From an uncultured Candidatus Saccharibacteria bacterium (lineage in GTDB: Bacteria; Patescibacteriota; Minisyncoccia; CAIUEV01; JAHKAQ01), in the NCBI GenBank assembly GCA_964598205.1, contig CAZRBB010000005.1, forward strand, positions 5,721-69,720: a DNA stretch of 64,000 nucleotides, in the 5' to 3' direction. Below are positions 1 to 8,886 of this stretch, piece after piece; the first letter of the stretch is position 1; each line of letters starts with the position of its first letter. Below the pieces are notes generated by a model that was not told where the DNA came from, ran no database searches, and saw nothing but the letters and a program-made list of their open reading frames with translations. Made by a program: the position numbers and the translations under genes.

Positions 1-695
<695 letters not shown>

Positions 696-705
696 TTAAA
701 TTAAT

Positions 706-1680
706 TTAACTCTCCAAAACCACCATGCCACCGCTGATTTCGGCCAACTCGGCCGTAATTGCTGCTTGTCTGGCTTGGTTGTATTGAAGAGAAAAATTAT
801 AAATCATGTCTCCCGCCGTGTCGCTAGCATTCTTCATGGTCAACATTCTAGAAGAAAATTCCGCCGCTTGGAATTCCAAAAAAGCCTGGTAGATTTGACT
901 CTCCACCACCTTGGGTAGGATCGCTTTTAAAATCTTTTCCTTACTCGGTTCAAAAAGATAGCTTCGTTCATGCACTTCTTTTTTTAATTCTTCCATTTCT
1001 TCTTTTTCGGAAATTCCCCGACCCAACTCTTCTAGTTGGCGTTCCAAATCTTTTCTAGAAACCGGCAGTACCTGTCTTAGTCTTGGCTTATTGACCGCAG
1101 TAGAAATAAAGTCGGTATAAGCTAGGATCACTTTGTCGTAGCGTTTTTCCTTGTAGCCATCAATGGCGATCTTGGCTACTGGTCGCAAATCATAAAAGCC
1201 CGATTGGTCGTTAAAATCAGTAAAAGAAGCCACCAAATTTCTTCCCCGACGCACCATTTCTTCTCTCCCCTTTTTCCCTATCACCACCACCTCTGTTACT
1301 ACTTCGGAAGGATTGATCTTAGGCATAATCTTTCTCCCCCAAGTCCGATTAATCATCATGTTGTAAGGGTTGTCTAAATTTTCGGCCACCTTTCTTAAAA
1401 GTTGAGAATTCAACCCTCCACAAAGACCTTTATTGGAAGTAATAAGAATCAAACAGATTCGCTTTACATTACGAATTGCCAGAAGCGGATGCGTCTTGGC
1501 CGCCGCTTCCGAAATCTTAGTCAAAATTTCCCAAGCAGTTTGCGTGTATTCTCTGGTACAAAGCGCCCGTCCAATCACCTTCTTCATTTTAGAAGCAGCC
1601 ACCATTTCCATTGCCTTGGTGATTTTCTTGGTGTTCTTAATAGATTTTAGCCGGACCCTTAATTGTTTGGTGTTGGCCAT
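706..1680 (-). CDS. atpG: ATP synthase subunit gamma
   Basis: KITKAMEMVAASK, GLCGGLN and RQAAITAELAEI motifs; operon position. Confidence 0.97.
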   Translation of the reverse strand: MANTKQLRVRLKSIKNTKKITKAMEMVAASKMKKVIGRALCTREYTQTAWEILTKISEAAAKTHPLLAIRNVKRICLILITSNKGLCGGLNSQLLRKVAENLDNPYNMMINRTWGRKIMPKINPSEVVTEVVVIGKKGREEMVRRGRNLVASFTDFNDQSGFYDLRPVAKIAIDGYKEKRYDKVILAYTDFISTAVNKPRLRQVLPVSRKDLERQLEELGRGISEKEEMEELKKEVHERSYLFEPSKEKILKAILPKVVESQIYQAFLEFQAAEFSSRMLTMKNASDTAGDMIYNFSLQYNQARQAAITAELAEISGGMVVLES

Positions 1681-1704
1681 AAATAAATTTAACCGCGAAA
1701 CAAT

Positions 1705-3285
1705 TTATTCTTTCTTGGAAGAATCAATCTTTTTTTCAAAGAAATGTTCCTTGCTCTCTTTTTCTACTTGATCCTTTTTGTCTACCTTTAATTTCTTAAA
1801 ATCATTCAGCGCTGCTTTAATTTTTTCCTTTAATTCATCGGCTAGAATTCCCGTAGTTTCTATCTCTTCTAATTCTTTAGATAAATTTTCCACCGCATAC
1901 TTTAACCATTCTTTTTCGTACTTCTGAATCGCTTCTATTTTTATGTCATCAAAAAAACCTTCGTTAACTGCCAAAATGGAAAAAACCTGCTGCGCCACCG
2001 GCATTGGCTGGTATTGGTCTTGTTTAATAATTTCTGTTAATCGTTTTCCCCGTTCTATTTGAGCTTTAGTCTTGGGATCTAAATCAGAAGAAAATTCGGC
2101 AAAAGCCGCCATTTCTCTGAATTGCGCCAAGTCCAAACGCATTTTTCCGGCTACCGCTTTAATCGCCTTAATCTGCGCCGCCGAACCTACCCGAGAAACC
2201 GAAAGACCAACATTCACCGCTGGTTTAATTCCCTGATAAAACAAATCGGATTCCAAATAAATTTGACCGTCGGTAATAGAAATAACATTCGTTGGAATAT
2301 AAGCAGAAACATCGCCAGCTTGAGTTTCAATGATTGGCAAAGCCGTTATAGAACCGCCACCCGCTTCTGGACTTAGGCGCGCTGCCCGCTCCAAAAGCCG
2401 AGAATGAAGATAGAAAATATCTCCAGGATACGCTTCTCGTCCTGGTGGACGGCGAAGCAATAAGGAAACCTGCCGATAACTCCAAGCGTGCTTGCTTAGA
2501 TCATCGTAAACCACTAAAACATCTTTTCCTTGATCCATAAAAAATTCAGCCATGGCACAACCAGCGTAAGGAGCAATAAAAGAAAGCGATGCTGGATCAG
2601 AAGATCCCGCCAAAACCACAATGGTGTGCTCCATTGCTTCTCTTTTTTCTAATTCGTGAACAATCCGTGCCACCTTAGACTTTTTTTGACCAATCGCCAC
2701 ATAAATACAAAGACAATCTTTTCCTTTTTGATTAATAATGGCATCTATGGCCAATGCCGTTTTCCCCGTTTGCCGATCACCAATAATTAATTCCCGTTGA
2801 CCGCGACCAATCGGAATTGTTAAATCGATTGCCTTAATGCCGGTTTGTAAGGGAACAGTTACCGATTTTCTAGCCATTACTCCCGGCGCTATCTTTTCTA
2901 TTGGATAAAATTGATCACTCTTTAATTCGCCTTTGCCATCTAACGCAAAACCCAGTGGATTAACCACTCTCCCCACCAATTCATTGCTTACCGGCACCGA
3001 AAGAATTCGTCCAGTAGTCTTTACCGGATCTCCTTCTTTGATTCCAGAAGCGTCTCCTAAAATCACCGCTCCTACGCTATCTTCCTTTAAATTCATTGCC
3101 ACTCCAAAAACATTGTTGCCAAAATCCAAAAGCTCAGAACTCATTGCTGCTCCTAAACCAGAAACCAAGGCAATCCCGTCTCCGGTTTCAATTACCCGAC
3201 CCACACCAACCGTTTCGGTTTGGGGATCAAAGCCTTCAATTTCCTTTTTTAAAAGCTCAATTATTTCGTCTTTTTTTTGAACCAT
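1705..3285 (-). CDS. atpA: ATP synthase subunit alpha
   Basis: GDRQTGKT Walker [24 protein letters not shown]. Confidence 0.98.
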   Translation of the reverse strand: MVQKKDEIIELLKKEIEGFDPQTETVGVGRVIETGDGIALVSGLGAAMSSELLDFGNNVFGVAMNLKEDSVGAVILGDASGIKEGDPVKTTGRILSVPVSNELVGRVVNPLGFALDGKGELKSDQFYPIEKIAPGVMARKSVTVPLQTGIKAIDLTIPIGRGQRELIIGDRQTGKTALAIDAIINQKGKDCLCIYVAIGQKKSKVARIVHELEKREAMEHTIVVLAGSSDPASLSFIAPYAGCAMAEFFMDQGKDVLVVYDDLSKHAWSYRQVSLLLRRPPGREAYPGDIFYLHSRLLERAARLSPEAGGGSITALPIIETQAGDVSAYIPTNVISITDGQIYLESDLFYQGIKPAVNVGLSVSRVGSAAQIKAIKAVAGKMRLDLAQFREMAAFAEFSSDLDPKTKAQIERGKRLTEIIKQDQYQPMPVAQQVFSILAVNEGFFDDIKIEAIQKYEKEWLKYAVENLSKELEEIETTGILADELKEKIKAALNDFKKLKVDKKDQVEKESKEHFFEKKIDSSKKE

Positions 3286-3315
3286 CTTAAGTTTTAAAAA
3301 CTAAATTGTTAATTT

Positions 3316-3717
3316 TTAAGCATCAACACTGGAGCGCCAACGACTAAGCGCACCCCGAAAAGATCCGTCAATCAACCGATCAGGAAAACTTATCTTAAAA
3401 CCTCCAATCAGATCTTTATTTTCCTTGGCTTTAATCAAAATTTCTTTATCTGGATAAACCGCTTTTAATGTTTTTTCAACTTCCGCCAAAGGAGATCCGG
3501 AAGCATATTCCAAAAAAGCTTTTACAGTAAAATCAGGATCGGTTTCGTATTTTTTCTTAATGATTTCTAAAACCAAAGACCAATCCCCTAAACGATGGTG
3601 CTTTTTTAAAAGTCGCCATAAATTTTGACTAAGCCGAGAAAGTTCTTCCTTTTCCCCAGAAGAAGCAATCGCCGCTTCGTAAAAGGCCGAGGCGTATTTT
3701 TCAAGAGCCAAGGCCAT
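3316..3717 (-). CDS. atpH: ATP synthase subunit delta (short form)
   Basis: KYASAF N-terminus, LIGG...IDGS C-terminal motif, position between atpF and atpA. Confidence 0.8.
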   Translation of the reverse strand: MALALEKYASAFYEAAIASSGEKEELSRLSQNLWRLLKKHHRLGDWSLVLEIIKKKYETDPDFTVKAFLEYASGSPLAEVEKTLKAVYPDKEILIKAKENKDLIGGFKISFPDRLIDGSFRGALSRWRSSVDA

Positions 3718-4228
3718 TGTTTTTGGTGTTACCTTTTCTTAGTAGATCTTCTAATTCACCAATCGCCGCTGCTTCTCCTTCGGAAGAAATGCTTTGTTTA
3801 AGTATTTTCCCGGCAAGCATTACCGAAAGATCCGCAATCTCTTTCTTAGCCGAAAGAACTAGGGCTTCCTTTTCTTGAGCAATTTCTTTTCGCGCTTTTT
3901 CTTTTAATTCTTCTAGTTGCCGTAATAACTGTTCCTTGGTTTTTAATCGTTCTTCTTCCGCTTCTTTCTGAAAAATTTCTCTAGAAGCAGCTGCTTCTTT
4001 CTTGGCTTTTAGAATTCTTTTTTCCATTTCTAAATCAGCCTGAGCCGTTTTTTCGGCCAACTCCTCTGCTCCTTTTAGACTTTCCGCTATTTTTTTTCGG
4101 CGCTTTTCTAAAACCGAAAGTAAAGGATGATAAAGAAACTTATAAAGCACTATTAAAAGAAGAAAAAAATTAACAATCTGCGCTAAAATAATTTTTCCAT
4201 CTATTCCTAATTTTTCAATTAATTCCAT
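3701..4228 (-). CDS. atpF: ATP synthase subunit b
   Basis: AQIVNF...FLYHPL transmembrane segment followed by coiled coil. Confidence 0.93.
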   Translation of the reverse strand: MELIEKLGIDGKIILAQIVNFFLLLIVLYKFLYHPLLSVLEKRRKKIAESLKGAEELAEKTAQADLEMEKRILKAKKEAAASREIFQKEAEEERLKTKEQLLRQLEELKEKARKEIAQEKEALVLSAKKEIADLSVMLAGKILKQSISSEGEAAAIGELEDLLRKGNTKNNGLGS

Positions 4229-4306
4229 AATTGAAGCTCAAAATTTGAAACTTGCTTTTTGTGTTGCGGGACCAAATAAAATACCTAATCCCACCTTAAA
4301 AATAAA

Positions 4307-4561
4307 CTAGGCTACGAATTTAATAATCAAAGCCACTACTAAAGAATAAATTGCAATTGCTTCTGCAAAGGCAATCGCCACGACCATTGCTCCTTGAATC
4401 TTAGAAGCAGCTTCTGGATTGCGACCAATTGCTCGCATTGCTTTTCCGGCTAAAACTCCGATTGCAATTGAAGGACTGATTCCTCCAACAGCAATTGCCA
4501 AGGCGCTAGCCAAGTCTTTTAACTGCATTCCGGCTTCTACTGCTTGTTTGGTTTCTTCCAT
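4307..4561 (-). CDS. atpE: ATP synthase subunit c
   Basis: GRNPEA loop, FAEAIAIY with the conserved Glu. Confidence 0.96.
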   Translation of the reverse strand: MEETKQAVEAGMQLKDLASALAIAVGGISPSIAIGVLAGKAMRAIGRNPEAASKIQGAMVVAIAFAEAIAIYSLVVALIIKFVA

Positions 4562-4623
4562 ATAATTTTTTAAAACTTATTATTTATTAAATTAAGTTAT
4601 TTATCTTAATAAAACAACTTTCC

Positions 4624-4714
4624 TAATTATGAATTTCTAATTTTGAATTTCGATTAAAATTTGAATTCTAAATTTTAAATTATTTCGAAACTCAAAATTA
4701 GAAATTCAAAATTA
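4624..4714. repeat. AT-rich palindrome built from heptamer repeats (TTTTGAA/TTCAAAA family)
   Basis: TAATTATGAATTTCTAATTTTGAATTTCGA (4624-4653) is a near-perfect inverse of 4685-4714. Confidence 0.8.
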
Positions 4715-4715
4715 A

Positions 4716-5450
4716 TCAATGGTGCGCTTCTGTAGCCATTTTTATAAAGAACAAAGAAAGCATGGTGAAAACCAAAGCCTGAACCACTCCCACAAAAAGC
4801 TCCATTCCGTAAAAAGGCAAAGGGACTAAGAACGGAGCAATACTGGTAATTACCACTAAAAGAACTTCTCCAGCAAAGACATTGCCAAAAAGCCGAAAAC
4901 TAAAAGAAACAATTTTTGCCGCTTCACTAACTATTTCTAAAATTCCCATAAAAAAATCAATCGGACTTTTAAAATTAATAAATTTTTTTAAATAGTCACG
5001 ACCTAGAGTCGCCACTCCAAAAAACTGAACTAGCACCACAGAAATCAGCGCCCAGCTTAAAGTAGCATTTAGGTCAGAATTAACACTTCTAAAAAGTGGA
5101 ATAAATTTTTCGTGGCCAGCCTCTCCTTCCCTAAAACCAATACTCCCAATTCCTGGTAAAAGACCGAACCAGTTAGAAAACATAATAAAGATAAAAAAAG
5201 TAGCCAAAAGGGAAAAATATTTTTGGGTTTTTTTTCGATCTTCCCAAATGGAATCAAAAAAATTAAAAAGACCCTCTATAATGGCCTCAAAAAAATTCTG
5301 CATTTTCCCAGGAATCATTTTAGTACCGCGACCACCAAAATAAGCCAGTACAGATAGAATAATCACCACCAACCAACTAGTTAGCAGGGCATTATTTACC
5401 CCAAAAGATCCTATTTTAAAAATTGGTTCAGCCGCTAGGGAAACATGCAT
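4716..5450 (-). CDS. atpB: ATP synthase subunit a
   Basis: SFRLFGNVFAGE and ELFVGVVQALVF motifs. Confidence 0.97.
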   Translation of the reverse strand: MHVSLAAEPIFKIGSFGVNNALLTSWLVVIILSVLAYFGGRGTKMIPGKMQNFFEAIIEGLFNFFDSIWEDRKKTQKYFSLLATFFIFIMFSNWFGLLPGIGSIGFREGEAGHEKFIPLFRSVNSDLNATLSWALISVVLVQFFGVATLGRDYLKKFINFKSPIDFFMGILEIVSEAAKIVSFSFRLFGNVFAGEVLLVVITSIAPFLVPLPFYGMELFVGVVQALVFTMLSLFFIKMATEAHH

Positions 5451-5535
5451 CTTTTGTTCATTTAGAATTTAGGCGTTTAAGTGCGCAAATTCTTAACTTA
5501 ATTAAATAAACCAGTCAATTGACTGCTTTTATTAT

Positions 5536-5793
5536 TTATTTAATTTTTTCCAAATACTGTTTAAACTTTCTAACCAGTCCCACACTAGAAATAACGCTGG
5601 CCAAAAACATAGAGCTCAAAAGAAAAAGTGGAGACTTGCCAGTTTTTTGATCTAGCCACATTCCTCCCCAAACCGCACCCAAAAGAGGAATCACAATTAC
5701 ATAACCCATTGTCCAAGCAATTTCTAAAGCCTTAAATAACGCACCAGAATCTTTTTTAAAAACCTCTTTTTTGCTTGGTTCTTTATTTTCCAT
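5536..5793 (-). CDS. AtpZ/AtpI (ATPase gene 1) family membrane protein
   Basis: Two TM helices with GMWLD...P motif; first gene of the atp operon. Confidence 0.8.
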   Translation of the reverse strand: MENKEPSKKEVFKKDSGALFKALEIAWTMGYVIVIPLLGAVWGGMWLDQKTGKSPLFLLSSMFLASVISSVGLVRKFKQYLEKIK

Positions 5794-5831
5794 AGCAGAA
5801 TATCTTCATCATAGCGAGGAAATAATGAATG

Positions 5832-6884
5832 TCAACCTCTCTTTTCTTTCCACCAGATCAAAAGTGGACTGGCTACAAAAATGGAAGAATAGCTACCTAA
5901 GGTAATTCCCACAATCAAGGCTAGCGCAAAATAAAAAGTACTAGCACCTCCCCAAATCAAAATCGCAAAAAGAGTTATTAATGTGGCAAAAGAAGTGTTA
6001 AGAGAACGCGTTAATGTCTCATTGATGCTTCTATCTACTAAATCCCGAAAATTATCTTCCTTTCCTGCTAAAACATTTTCCCTAATCCGATCAAAAATAA
6101 TTATAGTGTCATTGACTGAATATCCCAAAATAGTTAAAAGTGCTGCAATAAAAAATGAATTAACTTCCACTCCCCCAAATCTCCCAAGTACCGAAAAAAC
6201 TCCAACAGTGATTAAAATATCGTGCGCCAAAGCAATAATCGCCACCGTTCCATAACGAAAAGATTCATATTTATTAAAACTTCCAGAAATTCCCCGAAAA
6301 GCCCAAGCCACATAAATTAAAATAGAAATCAACACCAAGATAATTGCTGACTGGGTTTTTTGCCTTAATTCTTTTCCAACTTTAGCCCCGATCGACTGAA
6401 AATCAACCTCCTCTACTGATTCACCGGAAGTTGATTTAATTTCTTCTTGAGTATTTTCTTCTTTTGATTTTTCGGCCACTTTTTGGCGTAATTGACTTAA
6501 GACCAGTTGATGTTCTGGCTCTGTGAGTGATCTCATTTTAATCAATACTTCCCTTTTTCCCACCGGCTGAGTCGTAATTTCTCCTAAATTACCCAAAGCA
6601 GTAGGAGAAGATTTTTCCGAGTTAAGATTTTTTAATAATGGATCATTAGACAAAACTGCTTTTTCTTTTTGGGTTGCTCCCTGTGTTACTGCTCCTCCCC
6701 CACCAAGCGCTTGCTTAATTTCTACAGCCGAAAGCTCTGCTTGATTAAATTTTACTCGCAAAAGCGAACCACCGGTAAAATCAATTCCGGGTTTTAACCC
6801 CCAAAACATTAAAGAAATCAAAGAAAGAACCATTAAAGATCCAGAAATAGAAAGCCAAATTTTCCCTCTTGCAACAATCTTCAT
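5832..6884 (-). CDS. secF: Protein translocase subunit SecF
   Basis: GIDFTGG and GYSVNDTIIIFDRIRE; ATG at 6884 preferred over TTG at 6902. Confidence 0.95.
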   Translation of the reverse strand: MKIVARGKIWLSISGSLMVLSLISLMFWGLKPGIDFTGGSLLRVKFNQAELSAVEIKQALGGGGAVTQGATQKEKAVLSNDPLLKNLNSEKSSPTALGNLGEITTQPVGKREVLIKMRSLTEPEHQLVLSQLRQKVAEKSKEENTQEEIKSTSGESVEEVDFQSIGAKVGKELRQKTQSAIILVLISILIYVAWAFRGISGSFNKYESFRYGTVAIIALAHDILITVGVFSVLGRFGGVEVNSFFIAALLTILGYSVNDTIIIFDRIRENVLAGKEDNFRDLVDRSINETLTRSLNTSFATLITLFAILIWGGASTFYFALALIVGITLGSYSSIFVASPLLIWWKEKRG

Positions 6885-6930
6885 CTTTGAATTTAGAATC
6901 AAAAATTATTTCTTCTCTAACTATCTTTAC

Positions 6931-7107
6931 ACTTTCTAACAGCTATGGTTTGTTTTTCCAAGGAGAGCATATCGGAAAAATTGCTCGGTTCCGGAATTTA
7001 TAATTTTTTCCAAATAAATTCCGGAAATTTTTCCGATATTCTAGCAAGATTTTTCGCCGGAAAAAATCGAGCGTCTCCTTAAAAACAAACCATAGCTGTT
7101 AAAAAGT
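6931..7107. repeat. Multibranched palindromic element between secD and secF
   Basis: Perfect 21-bp terminal inverted repeat 6937-6957/7081-7101 with nested stems inside. Confidence 0.85.
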
Positions 7108-7117
7108 TATTTGCTTG

Positions 7118-8827
7118 TTATTTTTTCTCATCGTCCGTAATTCGTGATTTCCTTACTAGTCCCCAAGCTAATTTTTTCCCCATGAACTGCTCCAAAAATC
7201 CTAAAATAGTTTGGGAAACAAAAATTGCCGAAAACATGGAAAAAATAATACCCACTCCTAAAGTAATGGCGAATCCCTTAACCGATCCCGTACCCATCCC
7301 CGCTAAAATAACACAGGTTATAAGAGTAGAAAAATTGCCATCCCGAATAGACGGCCAAGCTCTTTTTTCGGCATTTTTTAGCGCCGTCTTCATGTTTCTA
7401 CCTTCCCTTAACTCTTCTTTCATCCGCTCAAAAATTAGAACATTGGCATCCACTGCCATTCCCAAAGACAAAACAAATCCCGCAATTCCAGCTAAAGTTA
7501 AAGTTACTCCTAAAATTTTAAAAACCGCTACTAAAGTTACCGCATAGAACGCCAATGCCAAAACCGCTATTAATCCTGGTAAAAGATAAAAAGCAATCAT
7601 AAATCCAGAAACCAAAGCCAAACCAAAAGCACCAGCAGTAAGACTTTGCTGTAACGAAACCTTTCCTAGACTTGCACCCACCAATTCCTGGCTCAAAAGT
7701 TCAATCGGTACCGGCAACGCTCCGGAATTTAATCGCTTGGCCAAATCCTTAGCTTCTGCTAAATCCCTAGAACCAGTGATTACTGCTTGACCATCGGCAA
7801 TCACCGTTCGCACCACTGGCACAGTAACCGGCTGTCCGTCTAATAAAATAGCTACTCTCTTTTCCTGATTTCTTTCGGTGATTTCTCTAAAAAGATTTTT
7901 GCCTTCTTCGTCGAATCGCAAAGAAACTTGGGGTTCTTGCGTATTCTGATCAAAAACTACTTGCGCATCTTTTAGGTTTTTACCAGAAAGTCCCGTTGGT
8001 TTAAAAGGAAACCCTGTAGTTTCTTCTTTCTTTTCTTCGTCCACCAAAAGAAATAGAATATGACTCGTCCTTACTTCTTTCCCATCACCCTCACCCCTTT
8101 CATTGGTCTTTTTAAGAATATGATAACCAAAAGGACTCTTTACTAATTCCCGCCAAACCGAACCTTTTATAAAACGAGAATTAAAAAAAATCGTTTCTAA
8201 TTCGGGAACAAAAGCTTGTTCACCATTCTTCTTGTAAAAATCCAAATCACCGCCCGCCTCTTTGCTCCCAGGATCTTCTGAATATTTCTTAGCTAATTTG
8301 GAAAAATCTTCTCCACTTAAAGCTCTTTTTAAAACCGCTTCAGCTTCAACTTTTTTTGCTTGATTCTGCTCCTTTCTTAGTGTCTTTTCGGAATCGGTTA
8401 GGGCATAATCTTTGTCTGTTTTTTCTTCCCAAAATTCCAAAATGGGAGTCTCCCCAATCATTTTCACAGCCAAAGAGATATCTTTAGCGCCAGCCAAATC
8501 CACTGTAATTCGCTGCTCCCCGCCCGATTGTGAAGTAGTTACTTCTGGTTCAGAAATACCATAAGCATTGACTCTTCTTTCAATTACATCTCTAGCTCCG
8601 CTTAAGCTTTCTGCCACCCGATCCGAAGGAATCCGGCTCATGTCCGCCTTGTAAACCAAGTGCGCCCCTCCTTCTAAGTCTAGCCCTAGATCAATTTTTA
8701 AATCTCTTAAATACTTTCCAATATTTTTACCAAAAATAGAAAAATCCGGCATTACAGGACTAGCTATCGCCGCAAAAGCAATAAACATTAAGCTAATCAA
8801 AAAAAGTCTGGAATTTATCTTTTTCAT
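7118..8827 (-). CDS. secD: Protein translocase subunit SecD with an inserted parvulin-type PPIase domain
   Basis: LGLDLEGG, GMAVDANVLIFERMKEE; insert carries FSKLAKKYSEDPGS..GGDL, SPFGYHIL and SHIL. Confidence 0.93.
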   Translation of the reverse strand: MKKINSRLFLISLMFIAFAAIASPVMPDFSIFGKNIGKYLRDLKIDLGLDLEGGAHLVYKADMSRIPSDRVAESLSGARDVIERRVNAYGISEPEVTTSQSGGEQRITVDLAGAKDISLAVKMIGETPILEFWEEKTDKDYALTDSEKTLRKEQNQAKKVEAEAVLKRALSGEDFSKLAKKYSEDPGSKEAGGDLDFYKKNGEQAFVPELETIFFNSRFIKGSVWRELVKSPFGYHILKKTNERGEGDGKEVRTSHILFLLVDEEKKEETTGFPFKPTGLSGKNLKDAQVVFDQNTQEPQVSLRFDEEGKNLFREITERNQEKRVAILLDGQPVTVPVVRTVIADGQAVITGSRDLAEAKDLAKRLNSGALPVPIELLSQELVGASLGKVSLQQSLTAGAFGLALVSGFMIAFYLLPGLIAVLALAFYAVTLVAVFKILGVTLTLAGIAGFVLSLGMAVDANVLIFERMKEELREGRNMKTALKNAEKRAWPSIRDGNFSTLITCVILAGMGTGSVKGFAITLGVGIIFSMFSAIFVSQTILGFLEQFMGKKLAWGLVRKSRITDDEKK

Positions 8828-8886
8828 AGAACAGAATAATAAAGCTATCTTTTATTTGTGGCAAGCTTTTGCCTCTTAATTTCGCT

